A DNA stretch of 56,711 nucleotides. It comes from Candidatus Pacearchaeota archaeon (GTDB lineage Archaea; Nanobdellota; Nanobdellia; Pacearchaeales; GW2011-AR1). Made by a program: the position numbers and the translations under genes. Shown piece after piece: positions 27,482-37,719 of the stretch. The notes below the pieces were generated by a model. It had not been told where the DNA came from, made no database searches, and saw only the letters and a list, made by a program, of their open reading frames with translations. Positions within the stretch are counted from its first letter, which is position 1. The number at the start of each line of letters is the position of its first letter. The stretch covers positions 1 to 56,711 of the forward strand of contig JAGVXO010000009.1 in the NCBI GenBank assembly GCA_018303755.1, in the 5' to 3' direction.

Positions 27482-28222
27482 TCAAATTCCCAAATCATCT
27501 GCGATTTTGTCTCCTGCAATAATTTCAGGAACAGTAACTATTTTTGCCCCTGCTTTTTTCAGTTTTGAAACCAACGACGGCTTTTCGCATCTTGAATGAA
27601 CTTCTATTTTCGGATTCATTTCTTTTGCAGTCAGGGTTATCATAACATTATCTTCTGTATTTGGAGAGGCAATTATCAGTTTTAAGGCTTTTTCAATTCT
27701 CGCTTTTTTCAGCATTTCTTCATTTAATCCACTGCCTTCAATTATCATATATTTTTTCTTTCTCAAAGAAGATGCAACAGCAGGATCAGATTCTATTATT
27801 AAGAAAGGGATTTTTTTGACAGAAATGACTTTTGCTATTTCTTCTCCTACTCTGCCTCCTCCGACAATGATAATATGGTTTTTCATCCTCTTTATTAAAA
27901 ATGAGTAGAATCTTGTTTTTAAATATTTTCTAAGATTTCCATCAAGAAGCATATCCGCAATGCTCCATAAAACCCACCAGATAATAAAAACTCCGACAAT
28001 TGCCAGGAAGATTTCAAGAAGCCTTTCATAAATAGTGCTTTCTTCATTGAATATGAATGCGAGTGTCTGGAGTGTTCTTAGAAAAGAATCTCCAAAAGAA
28101 ATTCCGGTTATTAGTTTAAATCCAAATATTCCTGCGATAAATAAAAGAATCATTATTAAAATGAATATTCTAATCCTTTTTGGAAATTCTTCCACTTCTT
28201 TAACTTCTGCACTTCTTGACAT
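27482..28222 (-). CDS. Potassium-channel-like protein, 2 TM plus TrkA-N (RCK)
   Basis: HIIIVGGGRVG RCK domain; the pore region lacks a canonical TVGYG. Confidence 0.8.
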   Translation of the reverse strand: MSRSAEVKEVEEFPKRIRIFILIMILLFIAGIFGFKLITGISFGDSFLRTLQTLAFIFNEESTIYERLLEIFLAIVGVFIIWWVLWSIADMLLDGNLRKYLKTRFYSFLIKRMKNHIIIVGGGRVGEEIAKVISVKKIPFLIIESDPAVASSLRKKKYMIIEGSGLNEEMLKKARIEKALKLIIASPNTEDNVMITLTAKEMNPKIEVHSRCEKPSLVSKLKKAGAKIVTVPEIIAGDKIADDLGI

Positions 28223-28274
28223 TTTATCTCCCTTTATATAAATCAGAATGTTTGAGTTTAAAAAACCGCGTTTT

Positions 28275-28745
28275 TCAAAATGATTCAATATTTTTTATTA
28301 ATCCCGAAAGAATTTTTGGGGAAATATAGTAACCATCTTCAACAAGGGCATAAATCATTTCCTTGGCTGTTTTTTTATCTATAATCTTCTTTTTTAACAA
28401 AAGGAGAATTACTCCCGTTGTTCTGATATAATCAATATCTAATGATTGTGCAATTTTTATTGCAAAACTATCATCAATGAGCAATTTATCTTTCTTTTCT
28501 TTTGCCAAATTAATTGCAGCATTTTCTCCAGCGCCTATTCCAAAATCAAGATTATTTTTTGGATTTTCTATTTTTATCAATCCCCAGATTATGTATTCAT
28601 TAAGAATAGAATATCCGGGTTTTCCTTCAATAAGCACTTCCTCTTTTACTGCTTCAGGAATAATTATCTGTTTAAACAATTTTATTAAAAGTTCGAGTTT
28701 GTTTAATTTAGCCAAGCAAATAAGGGGAGTTGAATTGCTTATCAT
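28275..28745 (-). CDS. PIN-domain protein (DUF3368 type)
   Basis: ISNSTPLI.L, GAGENAAI.LA, LLIDD. Confidence 0.85.
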   Translation of the reverse strand: MISNSTPLICLAKLNKLELLIKLFKQIIIPEAVKEEVLIEGKPGYSILNEYIIWGLIKIENPKNNLDFGIGAGENAAINLAKEKKDKLLIDDSFAIKIAQSLDIDYIRTTGVILLLLKKKIIDKKTAKEMIYALVEDGYYISPKILSGLIKNIESF

Positions 28746-29056
28746 TTTAGCAGGATTTTTAGATCATGTTCCAATTCTTTTTTATCATATCCTGTCCAAT
28801 TTATGTCATCTTCTTTTGCTATTACCAACATTTCCCATATTGAAACATTTAGTATTCGTGCTGCTTTGCCTATTGATATTTTATTGAGTGATAGCGCCTC
28901 TAATGTTGATTTGAATTTTTCTTCTTCAAGGGCTTTTGCTAATAGTCTTCTCATAACTGCTGAAGTATCAAGGTTCTCTCTTTTTGCCAGGGCTTTTATT
29001 CTTAATACAAACTCTTCAGGAAGTCTTGTTGTTATTGGCTTGTCCATTGTATACAA
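28742..29056 (-). CDS. UPF0175-type antitoxin (RHH plus HTH)
   Basis: ITTRLPEE...ISIGKAARILNVSIWE; 4-bp overlap with the PIN gene. Confidence 0.8.
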   Translation of the reverse strand: MYTMDKPITTRLPEEFVLRIKALAKRENLDTSAVMRRLLAKALEEEKFKSTLEALSLNKISIGKAARILNVSIWEMLVIAKEDDINWTGYDKKELEHDLKILLK

Positions 29057-29074
29057 TATATTACAACGTATTAT

Positions 29075-30571
29075 TTAAACTTTTTGGTTTGGGTTTCTCA
29101 CAACTCCAATTATCTCATTCTCTTTATAAAAAGAAACCGCGTCCTCAAGCCGTTTTTTTGACTGTGAGTATATGGTGATTATTTTTTCTCTGGTTTGAAT
29201 TTTATTTTCAGCATGCTTCCATAAATATACTCCTGCTTTTTTGTCATCAGGACTTCCGGCAATTCTTGCCAAAAGATTTATTTTTTTATTGTCAATGCTT
29301 TTTATAATTCCTGATTTTTTTGAATTTATGTTAATATAGAATTTTGCATAAGATAATTTGTCCATCAGACTTCCTTTCGCTCCTTGGGCTTTTACTATCT
29401 GCTCAAATTTTTTGAATGCTTTTCCAGAATCAAGAATTTCTTTTGCAAGAATTCCTCCCTTATTTTTTTCAGCTATATTGCATAATTCAAAAATTTTCCC
29501 TGCAAGAAATATCGATTTTTCCCTTAAATCATGCGGTCCGTCGCCTTTCAGCACAGAGATAACATCTCTCATTTCAAGAATAGGCCCTATTCCATTGCCT
29601 ATTGGCTGGTTTCCGTCTGTAAGAACGCATTTTAATTTTATCTTAAACATCTTTCCAAGCTTTTCAAATGTCTTCTTTAGTTTTTCTGCGCCTTTTTTAT
29701 TGACTTTTGCACTTGTTCCATAAGGAATATCTATGAGCACATGATTGCTTCTTACTGCGAGTTTTTTTGCAAGTATTGATGCTATTAAATTCGGCTCTGG
29801 GTCAATGTTTATCATTTTTTCAACTTTTATTATTTTATCGTCGGCAGGTGCAAATCCAAGTGCTCCGCCCCATACAAGGCAGGCATTTGTTTTGAGTATT
29901 ATTCTTTTAATTTCTTCTGCATCAAATTCTACTCTGCATATACTTTCCATTACATCTGCAGTTCCTGCAGCAGAAGTAATTGCCCTCGACGAACTTTTTG
30001 GAATTGTTATTCCTTCTGCAGCACATATAGATACTACGATTGGCGTTGTCCTGTTTCCTGCAATTCCACCTATGCAGTGCTTGTCAGCAATAATTTTTCT
30101 CTTTATATCAAGCTGTTTTCCTGTTTCAAGCATTGCCTCTGTCAGCCATTTTGTTTCATTAAGCGACATTCCAACTTTATAAACTGCAGAGATAAAAAAC
30201 GCAATTTCAGTTTCAGTGAGCGCATTTTTGACAATCTCACTTATTATTTTAGTTATTTCGCTTTTTGATAGTTCTTTCCCGCTTAATTTTTTTGTGATTA
30301 TCTGGGTTATTCTTGGATTTTTTGCGAGTTCAACATCAATTATCTGTCCGTCAGCAAAATTCAGTGCTTCTTTTACTTCTGTTGTAAGCACTGCATCACC
30401 CTCTTTTGCAATTTTGCGTGAAGTATTCACAAGCGCAATTATTATTTTTGATTTGTGTTTTATCACAACACGATTATTCACCTCTGCGCCTATTTTTTTT
30501 GCATCTTTCTCATTAAGTATTACAATAGGCCTGCCTGCAGACCACTTTCTGTAAATTGCCTTTAGTTTCAT
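29075..30571 (-). CDS. deoA: AMP phosphorylase (thymidine phosphorylase family)
   Basis: DKHCIGGIAGN, PKSSSRAITSAAGTAD, QPIGNGIGP; archaeal N-terminal extra domain. Confidence 0.92.
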   Translation of the reverse strand: MKLKAIYRKWSAGRPIVILNEKDAKKIGAEVNNRVVIKHKSKIIIALVNTSRKIAKEGDAVLTTEVKEALNFADGQIIDVELAKNPRITQIITKKLSGKELSKSEITKIISEIVKNALTETEIAFFISAVYKVGMSLNETKWLTEAMLETGKQLDIKRKIIADKHCIGGIAGNRTTPIVVSICAAEGITIPKSSSRAITSAAGTADVMESICRVEFDAEEIKRIILKTNACLVWGGALGFAPADDKIIKVEKMINIDPEPNLIASILAKKLAVRSNHVLIDIPYGTSAKVNKKGAEKLKKTFEKLGKMFKIKLKCVLTDGNQPIGNGIGPILEMRDVISVLKGDGPHDLREKSIFLAGKIFELCNIAEKNKGGILAKEILDSGKAFKKFEQIVKAQGAKGSLMDKLSYAKFYININSKKSGIIKSIDNKKINLLARIAGSPDDKKAGVYLWKHAENKIQTREKIITIYSQSKKRLEDAVSFYKENEIIGVVRNPNQKV

Positions 30572-30649
30572 TTTCACCCCTATATATTAAATGTTGATTT
30601 AATCTCTTATAATTAAAATAAATTGCCTGTGCTTTTTATATGTTCTCAT

Positions 30650-30942
30650 TTTTCTCAAATCCTGCGCCATTTGCATATGGGTTATTCAAATAATTTAACT
30701 AATGTTAAAGAAAATAAAAACACCGAGAAACAAATCTAAAATAAGAAAAAATTATGGGATGTTAGAAAAATAGATATTGGCTCGCCTGCGGGCTCGCCAT
30801 AAGTGCAATTAGTGGTTCGCTACGCTCACTTATCTAATTCTGCAAACACTTAATCCGTTTGCATATTGGTTCTTTGGATTTTTTAAAATAATAAAGCCCC
30901 AATGAAAAAACATTAAATAAAGGAAAGGAATGGGGGTTAGAG
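30650..30942 (-). repeat. Modular intergenic repeat family, two tandem units
   Basis: 30777-30815 matches the reverse complement of 55115-55153 at 37 of 39 positions; attatgggatgttagaaaaa; cacttatctaattctgcaaa. Confidence 0.82.
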
Positions 30943-30945
30943 ATA

Positions 30946-31980
30946 TTACGCCTTCTGCCCTGCTTTTGAAGAATTATATTCAAGGTATAATTCAAAAAGA
31001 ACCATCAGATATGCAATTACAAGGGGCCCTATGATTATTCCAATAAGTCCGAATCCGAGCATCCCGCCTATAAGCCCTATAAGTGTCAGTGAAGTTGGAA
31101 TCTGCGACTGCTTTGAAATAATCAATGGATAAAGAAGATGTTCAGTAAGATTTACAAATATTCCGCAATATATTAACAAAAACATTGCTATGCCTATTTT
31201 TCCAGTTATAAACATTCCTACAACTAATGGAATCCATACAACCCATGGGCCTATTATTGGAATAATGCTCGCAATTGCAGAAATAAACATCAATAATACA
31301 GCATTAGGGACTTTTGCAATGTATAATCCTATTCCCATTAAAATGCCAATTATTATTCCTATCATAATTCTTCCAAAAATAATTGAGTATGTAACTTTCT
31401 TTGATTTTTCTATAAACTTGGATGTTGTGCTTGGTTTGAACGGAAGCGAATTTTTTAAAAGAGCAGTTATTGCCTCTCCATCTCTCAGCCCGTAAAAGAA
31501 TATAATAAAAATTGTTAAAATCTCAAGCATAAGCGACGGAAAATTAACTGCCATTCCGACAATACCATCAAGTGTGGATTTTGTTAAAGAAGATATCACT
31601 GTACTATAAAGGGCAACCAAATTTGCTTTTGACTGCGGAGAGGTTGCTAAAAATGGGGCGAATTCATCAATTGCCTTAACAATGTCAAATGACTGCACAG
31701 AAGAATACACACCAAAAACTTGATCAACAAGCTTTGGTATCATCCACCATATGGAAAGAATTAATATTCCAATTATCAGGGCGCAGATTATTGAAGCAGA
31801 AAGAGTTTTGTTTTTAATATATTTTATCAAGATTTTATTTAGAGGATTAAAAGTATAAGCAAGAATAAGTCCGAGAATTATAGACATAAATATCGGCTTG
31901 ATTATAAAATATGTAAATACAATAAGCACGGCTATAAAGCCGAATGCAATTATCTGTTTTATCACTGATTCATCAATCAT
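30946..31980 (-). CDS. AI-2E family (UPF0118) permease
   Basis: LAYTFNPL, FFYGLRDG, IPIIGP, GLIGIIIGPL. Confidence 0.88.
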   Translation of the reverse strand: MIDESVIKQIIAFGFIAVLIVFTYFIIKPIFMSIILGLILAYTFNPLNKILIKYIKNKTLSASIICALIIGILILSIWWMIPKLVDQVFGVYSSVQSFDIVKAIDEFAPFLATSPQSKANLVALYSTVISSLTKSTLDGIVGMAVNFPSLMLEILTIFIIFFYGLRDGEAITALLKNSLPFKPSTTSKFIEKSKKVTYSIIFGRIMIGIIIGILMGIGLYIAKVPNAVLLMFISAIASIIPIIGPWVVWIPLVVGMFITGKIGIAMFLLIYCGIFVNLTEHLLYPLIISKQSQIPTSLTLIGLIGGMLGFGLIGIIIGPLVIAYLMVLFELYLEYNSSKAGQKA

Positions 31981-32130
31981 GTTTTAATTACTCTATGCCA
32001 GTATATAAATTTTTGGAAAGGTTCAAAAAATTTGAGATATTAGCCAAATAATTCTTATCATCTTTTTTCCGCAAAATTCAAAAAACCCGCCAACCAAAAC
32101 GTTTATAAGTTTTTTTAAAGTCTAACTAAA

Positions 32131-32835
32131 ATGGATTCATTCATAAAAAAACTTTTTTCAGGCAGAACCGACGAATATGTTCATTATCAGTTCCAGAAAT
32201 TCAGCAGAGGCGAGTTTAAAAATCGGGCGCTTGTGTCTGCTTCACGTTCTTCGTCTGGGTTTACAATTTCAACATCTTCCGAGTATGCGAATGAGCTTGT
32301 TGCAATGATTGCAGAAAAAATTCCTGAAGGCGTTAAAGTAAATGTTACTGGCGTCGTGGTTTCAACACAGGATTTGACTGGAGAGCTGAACTTTAAATCA
32401 AAAAAGCAGTTTATGGGTGTTAAGCAGTATGGTGTAGATGAGCAATTTTCAAAGCATGAAATTCTCGAGTTATGCAGAAAATTTAAAAAATGTTTTTTGG
32501 CACTCTCGTTTTCAGCAGGAAGCACCTCTTTAAAGATAAAAACAAAATCTCCAAAATCTGCCAAGCCAAGTTCTAAGGAAGATGCAGAGCCAAAAGCAGA
32601 TTTCTGCAGGATTAAAACTTCTGACAGCTCAATTGCAGAGGCAATTTTGTTTGATGTATCTAATTTTAAGAGAGTTAATGTCAAGCACGACTTTATCATA
32701 ACTGAAATAATTCTTCCTTCAGGAGAAACAGAGCCTGCAAAAATAAGGGAGAATGCAATAAGAAAAGGCAGGATTGTAAGAAGCATGAATATAGACGGCA
32801 TCAAGGACAAAAAAGAGATTTTATTTGAAGCATAA
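32131..32835 (+). CDS. Conserved hypothetical protein upstream of rpl3
   Basis: 234-aa ORF, VHYQFQKFSRGEF; has its own TATA-like element. Confidence 0.7.
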   Translation: MDSFIKKLFSGRTDEYVHYQFQKFSRGEFKNRALVSASRSSSGFTISTSSEYANELVAMIAEKIPEGVKVNVTGVVVSTQDLTGELNFKSKKQFMGVKQYGVDEQFSKHEILELCRKFKKCFLALSFSAGSTSLKIKTKSPKSAKPSSKEDAEPKADFCRIKTSDSSIAEAILFDVSNFKRVNVKHDFIITEIILPSGETEPAKIRENAIRKGRIVRSMNIDGIKDKKEILFEA

Positions 32836-32901
32836 ATTTATAAACGTCGTTTTCTGAATTAAAATAGAGAACATGGGGATTAAAACCTTTATACTAAAAC
32901 C

Positions 32902-33858
32902 ATGGGAAAAATATCACGTCCTCGAAGAGGAAGCCTGCAATTTTGGCCTAGGAAAAGAGCAAAAAAAATTCTTCCTAGTGCGAACTGGCAGGCTATACTG
33001 AAAAATAATTCTGACAAGAAACTTTTAGGATTTATTGGATACAAGGTTGGGATGTTGAGCGCTTATGTGAAGGATTTGACAAATGATTCTATGACAAAAA
33101 ACAAGCGAATTTCTGTTCCAGTTACGATTCTTGAATGCCCTCCGATAAAAATACTTTCTGCAAGATTTTATAGATATGGGGAAGTTGTTTCAGATGTTCT
33201 CGCGCATAATCTTGACAAGGAACTTATAAGCAAAATAAAACTTCCATTAAAACATAACAAAAAAATTGAGGATATTAAAGATTATGATGATGTTAAGGTG
33301 ATTGTTTATTCTATTGTTAAAAAAACAGGCATAAAAAAAGTGCCAGATATTGCTGAAATTGCTTTAGGCGGAAATATTGAATCAAAAATTGCATTTGTTA
33401 AGGAAAATCTTGGAAAAGAAATGCTTGTAGGCGAGGCATTTCAAAATATGCAATTAATTGACATACACGGAGTTACAAAAGGGCACGGGCTTGAAGGTGC
33501 TGTTAATAGATTTGGATTAAGTCTTAAACAGCATAAATCAGAAAAAGGAAGAAGGCGTCCTGGAAGCTTAGGCCCTTGGCATCCTGCGAGAGTCACATTC
33601 AGAGCCCCGATGGCAGGGCAGAAAGGGCTTTTTTCAAGATTGGTTTATAATAGCAAAATAATTTCTATTTCAAATATTAATTCAAAAAATATAAATCCAT
33701 CTGGGGGTTTTACAAATTTTGGGGTTGTAAAATCAGATTATATTGTTCTTTATGGAAGTGTTCCTGGCCCTCAGAAAAGACAGCTTCTTATTACTCAGCC
33801 GTTGAGAGCAACGAGAAAACAATCTAAAAAAAACTACGAGCTTATTGAATTAAGATGA
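32902..33858 (+). CDS. rpl3: 50S ribosomal protein L3
   Basis: PRRGSLQFWPRKRA, GYKVGM, GSLGPWHP. Confidence 0.97.
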   Translation: MGKISRPRRGSLQFWPRKRAKKILPSANWQAILKNNSDKKLLGFIGYKVGMLSAYVKDLTNDSMTKNKRISVPVTILECPPIKILSARFYRYGEVVSDVLAHNLDKELISKIKLPLKHNKKIEDIKDYDDVKVIVYSIVKKTGIKKVPDIAEIALGGNIESKIAFVKENLGKEMLVGEAFQNMQLIDIHGVTKGHGLEGAVNRFGLSLKQHKSEKGRRRPGSLGPWHPARVTFRAPMAGQKGLFSRLVYNSKIISISNINSKNINPSGGFTNFGVVKSDYIVLYGSVPGPQKRQLLITQPLRATRKQSKKNYELIELR

Positions 33859-34640
33859 AAACAAAATTAATTTCTATAAGCGGGGAAAAATCAAAAGATA
33901 TTGAACTTCCAAAAATATTTCTTTCAAAAGTCAGAATGGATATTCTGAAAAAAGCATTTGAATCAGAGCAGGCATTCAGCCCTTATGGCCCGAATAAAGA
34001 GGCAGGAAAAAGACATTCTGCATCTGGAACAATAAGGCATCTTAGGCATGTATGGAAATCTGGGTATGGGCGAGGAACCTCACGAACTCCAAGAAAAGCA
34101 ATGTGGCGCAGGGGCTCACAGTTTTATTGGATTGGAGCAGAAGTCCCAAATACCAGAGGCGGAAGAAGGGCGCATCCTCCAAAACCAGAAGGAACTGTTA
34201 AAATAAGAAAGATAAATAAAAAAGAATTTAAAATTGCATTTGATTCTGCAATTGCTTCAACTGCTTCGCCAAATTATATAACAGAAAGATATGCAAGAAT
34301 TTCTGATTTAGGTTCATTTAATTTTCCGCTTGTAATTGATTCAAAAATCGCTTCTATGAATACAAAAGAATTATCAGCAGTGCTTGAAAAATCACTCGGA
34401 GGATTATTTTCCACTGCATTAAAAGGAAAGAAATTAAGGGCAGGAAAAGGAAAAATGAGAAACAGAAAATATAAAAAATCAGCAGGAATACTTATAATTT
34501 CTTCAAGCAAAGAAAATATTAGAACGACCTCATTTAACTCCAAAAAATTAAATGAATTAATGGTGAGTGATTTGTATCCTGCAGGGCGCCTCGCAGTTTA
34601 TACAGAAGGCGCAATAAAAGAGCTGGAGGAAAGAAAATGA
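33855..34640 (+). CDS. rpl4: 50S ribosomal protein L4
   Basis: GYGRGTSRTPR, TRGGRRAHPPK, RAGKGKMRNR. Confidence 0.96.
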   Translation: MKTKLISISGEKSKDIELPKIFLSKVRMDILKKAFESEQAFSPYGPNKEAGKRHSASGTIRHLRHVWKSGYGRGTSRTPRKAMWRRGSQFYWIGAEVPNTRGGRRAHPPKPEGTVKIRKINKKEFKIAFDSAIASTASPNYITERYARISDLGSFNFPLVIDSKIASMNTKELSAVLEKSLGGLFSTALKGKKLRAGKGKMRNRKYKKSAGILIISSSKENIRTTSFNSKKLNELMVSDLYPAGRLAVYTEGAIKELEERK

Positions 34641-34879
34641 TAAAAAAACCAATAACAACAGAAAAGGCAATACGGCTGATAGAAACAGAGAATATAATTG
34701 TATTTGAAGTCAGCTTAAAAGACAGCAAAGAAACAATTAAAAAAGAAGTTGAAAAAACTTTCAATGTAAAAGTAAATGGAATAAATACTTTAACACGGGA
34801 AAATAAAAAGATTGCATTCGTTAAACTTGACAGGAAACATCCTGCAATTGACATTGCAACAAAGCTGGGGATGATTTAA
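34637..34879 (+). CDS. rpl23: 50S ribosomal protein L23
   Basis: PITTEKAI...KKIAFVKL. Confidence 0.96.
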   Translation: MIKKPITTEKAIRLIETENIIVFEVSLKDSKETIKKEVEKTFNVKVNGINTLTRENKKIAFVKLDRKHPAIDIATKLGMI

Positions 34880-34880
34880 T

Positions 34881-35594
34881 ATGGGAAAAAGAATAGTTTC
34901 ACAGGCGCGTGGGCACGGAAGCATGACTTACAGAGTCAGAAGAAAAGCATTTATTTATAGAATAGGATATCCCAATTATTCAGGAGAGGCAACTATATTA
35001 AAGCTTATTAATTCTGCTGGACATAGCGCACCTATTTCAAAAATAAAAGCAGGAAACATTATTTTTTACAATCTTGCCTCAGAAAAGGTGTATCAGGGGC
35101 AGAAAATAAATATAGGTGCAGGTATTGAACATGGAGATATAGCTAAGTTAAAAGATATTCCTGCTAAAACAAATATTTTTAATATAGAGTCGCGCCCTGG
35201 AGATGGGGGAAAGTTTATCCGCACTGCAGGAGGTTATGCAACTATTATAAAAAAAGAGCAGGGAAATGCAACTCTTTTGCTTCCTTCAAAGCAGGAAAAG
35301 GTATTTAATGATGATTGCAGAGCAACAATTGGAGTAATTGCAGGAAGCGGAAGAAATATAAAACCAGTTGTAAAAGCAGGAAAGCAATTTTATATTAAAA
35401 GGGCAAAAGGAAAATTATGGCCAAGAACCTCTGCAGTAAAGATGAATGTAATTGATCATCCGTTTGGTTCTGGAAGAGGAAAAAATCTTACTCACGGAAA
35501 TCTTGGAAAAATACCAAAGAGAAATGCTCCTCCTGGAGCAAAGGTGGGTTCAGTAAGAGCAAGAAAAACAGGAAGGAAAAAGTCAAAGAGATAA
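34881..35594 (+). CDS. rpl2: 50S ribosomal protein L2
   Basis: PGDGGKFIRTAG, MNVIDHPFGSG. Confidence 0.97.
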   Translation: MGKRIVSQARGHGSMTYRVRRKAFIYRIGYPNYSGEATILKLINSAGHSAPISKIKAGNIIFYNLASEKVYQGQKINIGAGIEHGDIAKLKDIPAKTNIFNIESRPGDGGKFIRTAGGYATIIKKEQGNATLLLPSKQEKVFNDDCRATIGVIAGSGRNIKPVVKAGKQFYIKRAKGKLWPRTSAVKMNVIDHPFGSGRGKNLTHGNLGKIPKRNAPPGAKVGSVRARKTGRKKSKR

Positions 35595-35595
35595 A

Positions 35596-36006
35596 ATGGC
35601 AGAAGAAATATCGATGGAAAGAAAAAAGGAATTTATTTTCAGGGGAAAGACTCTTGAAGAGCTTGGCAAACTGGATATTCGGGAATTTGCAAAACTTGTT
35701 CCATCAAGAGAAAGAAGAACGATGTTAAGAAATACAGATGTGATAGAAAAATTTCTTTCAAGATGCAATAAAAAGAATGACCGAAAAAAAGTGATTAAAA
35801 CACATAATAGAAATATTATAATTGTTCCTGCAATGATTGGAATGATTGTTCTTATCCACAACGGGAAAACATTTGAAAAATTAGTAATTGCACCGGAAAT
35901 GCTCGGGCACCGTATTGGGGAATTTTCAATGACAAGAAAAACGGTAAAGCACGGAGCAGCAGGAATTGGAGCTACAAGGTCAAGTGCTTCAAGGAGCGTG
36001 AAGTAA
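35596..36006 (+). CDS. rps19: 30S ribosomal protein S19
   Basis: EMLGHRIGEF, GIGATRSS. Confidence 0.97.
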   Translation: MAEEISMERKKEFIFRGKTLEELGKLDIREFAKLVPSRERRTMLRNTDVIEKFLSRCNKKNDRKKVIKTHNRNIIIVPAMIGMIVLIHNGKTFEKLVIAPEMLGHRIGEFSMTRKTVKHGAAGIGATRSSASRSVK

Positions 36007-36007
36007 A

Positions 36008-36589
36008 ATGGCAGATGAACAATTAAATCAAGTAAGAATACAAAAACAGAATATTCCAAAAGAAAACAAAAAAATAGCTGACGCTCCTGTCAGGCACGAA
36101 CTTAAAGAAGAAAAGAAGAGCGAAGAAAAAAAAGCAGTAGATAAAAAAAAGGAAGTTAAAATTCCAAAGCCGGCAGTTAAAAAATTTGAGGCTGTTGTTA
36201 ATGCGCGAAGCGTTCATGTTTCATTAAAGCACGCAGTTGCAATTGGAGAATTTATAAAAGGAAAAAAAATATCAGAAGCAATTGCAAATCTTGAAAGAGT
36301 TTCAATAAAAAAACAGGCAGTTCCATTCAGAGGCGAAATTGCGCATAGAAAAGGAAAAGGCATGATGTCGGGTAAATATCCTGTAAATGCATCAAAAGAA
36401 TTCATAACACTGCTTAAATCTCTTTCAGCAAACAGCTTGCATAATGGGATGGATTTGGATTCAACAATAATTAGCTCGGTTGTTCCTAACAAAGCGCCCG
36501 AACAAGTGCACAGATTTGGAAGCACGAAATTCAAGAGAAATCATATTTCAATCACAGCAAAAGAAGTTGCACAGGGAGTGAAGAAATAA
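36008..36589 (+). CDS. rpl22: 50S ribosomal protein L22 with a charged N-terminal extension
   Basis: VSLKHAV, AVPF, GKYPVNA. Confidence 0.93.
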   Translation: MADEQLNQVRIQKQNIPKENKKIADAPVRHELKEEKKSEEKKAVDKKKEVKIPKPAVKKFEAVVNARSVHVSLKHAVAIGEFIKGKKISEAIANLERVSIKKQAVPFRGEIAHRKGKGMMSGKYPVNASKEFITLLKSLSANSLHNGMDLDSTIISSVVPNKAPEQVHRFGSTKFKRNHISITAKEVAQGVKK

Positions 36590-36590
36590 G

Positions 36591-37223
36591 ATGGAAGAGC
36601 GAAAATTTGTAAAATTGAAAAAAGATGAGTTTGAGATAAAAGAATTTGTAAAAGCTCATCTTGGAAAAGGCAGAATAAGCCGTCTTGATATCGAGTATAC
36701 ACCTGTCGGAGAAAAAGTGGTTATATCTACAAGCAAGCCAGGGCTGATAATTGGAAGAGGCGGTGAAAGAATAACAATGCTGACAGAAACATTAAGGAAG
36801 AAATTTAAATTTGAAAATCCGCATATAGAAATAAAAGAAATAACCTCTCCTTATCTTGATGCGCAGACAGTTGCAGAAGAGATTGCAATGAATATTGAAA
36901 AGTCAGGTCCTTTGAGATTCAAGCTTATTGCATATAAAATGCTTCAGCAGATAATGAATGCAGGGGCAAAAGGAGTTGAATTAAAGATAAGCGGAAGACT
37001 GCCAAGTGAAAGAGCAAGAACTTGGAGATTTACAAAAGGATATTTAAAAAAAGTTGGAGATAGTGCAAAAGTTGTAGATAAAGCACAGGTAGTTGCTGAA
37101 ACAAAAGTCGGAAGTGTTGGAATAAGTGTCAGTATTCTGCATCCAGATGCAAAAATTCACGACCAGATAGATTATGCTAAATTAGGCATGAAGGAGGCAA
37201 ATGTTCAGAATGGTAAAGTTTAA
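36591..37223 (+). CDS. rps3: 30S ribosomal protein S3
   Basis: KPGLIIGRGG KH domain, GAKGVELKISGRL. Confidence 0.96.
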   Translation: MEERKFVKLKKDEFEIKEFVKAHLGKGRISRLDIEYTPVGEKVVISTSKPGLIIGRGGERITMLTETLRKKFKFENPHIEIKEITSPYLDAQTVAEEIAMNIEKSGPLRFKLIAYKMLQQIMNAGAKGVELKISGRLPSERARTWRFTKGYLKKVGDSAKVVDKAQVVAETKVGSVGISVSILHPDAKIHDQIDYAKLGMKEANVQNGKV

Positions 37224-37383
37224 AGAGCTTTCAAAATTACAAAAGAAGGATATTGACAAGAAATTAGACGAGCTTCGGCTCGACCTTGTTAAAGCAAGAG
37301 TGACTGCAAGCAAGGGAGGAAAAGTAAAGATTAAAGAAATCAAGCAGACAATTGCTCGTTTGTTAATGCTCAGAAAATCATAA
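37210..37383 (+). CDS. rpl29: 50S ribosomal protein L29
   Basis: KLDELRLDL...IKEIKQTIARLL; position after rps3. Confidence 0.92.
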   Translation: MVKFKELSKLQKKDIDKKLDELRLDLVKARVTASKGGKVKIKEIKQTIARLLMLRKS

Positions 37384-37384
37384 T

Positions 37385-37687
37385 ATGGATATATGTCCAA
37401 AATGCGGCCTGCCAAAACAGGCATGCGTGTGCGAAGAAATCGCAAAAAGCGAACAGAGAATACAAGTGACTACAATAAAGAAAAAGTTCGGAAAACTGGT
37501 AACTCTGGTGTCTGGAATAGAAAAAGGAATAGACATCAAGAAGGTAGCAAAAGACTTAAAATCTGAACTTGGCTGCGGTGGAACAATAAGAGAAGGCACA
37601 ATAGAGCTTCAGGGAGATCACAGGAGGAAGATAAAACCTCTTCTTGTTAAGCTTGGTTTCAATGAAGATTCAATTGCGAGCGAATAA
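37385..37687 (+). CDS. sui1: Translation initiation factor aIF1/SUI1
   Basis: CPKCGLP, GCGGT, IELQGDH. Confidence 0.95.
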   Translation: MDICPKCGLPKQACVCEEIAKSEQRIQVTTIKKKFGKLVTLVSGIEKGIDIKKVAKDLKSELGCGGTIREGTIELQGDHRRKIKPLLVKLGFNEDSIASE

Positions 37688-37719
37688 AAGCGATAAAACG
37701 CACAATAAATGGAAGAAAA

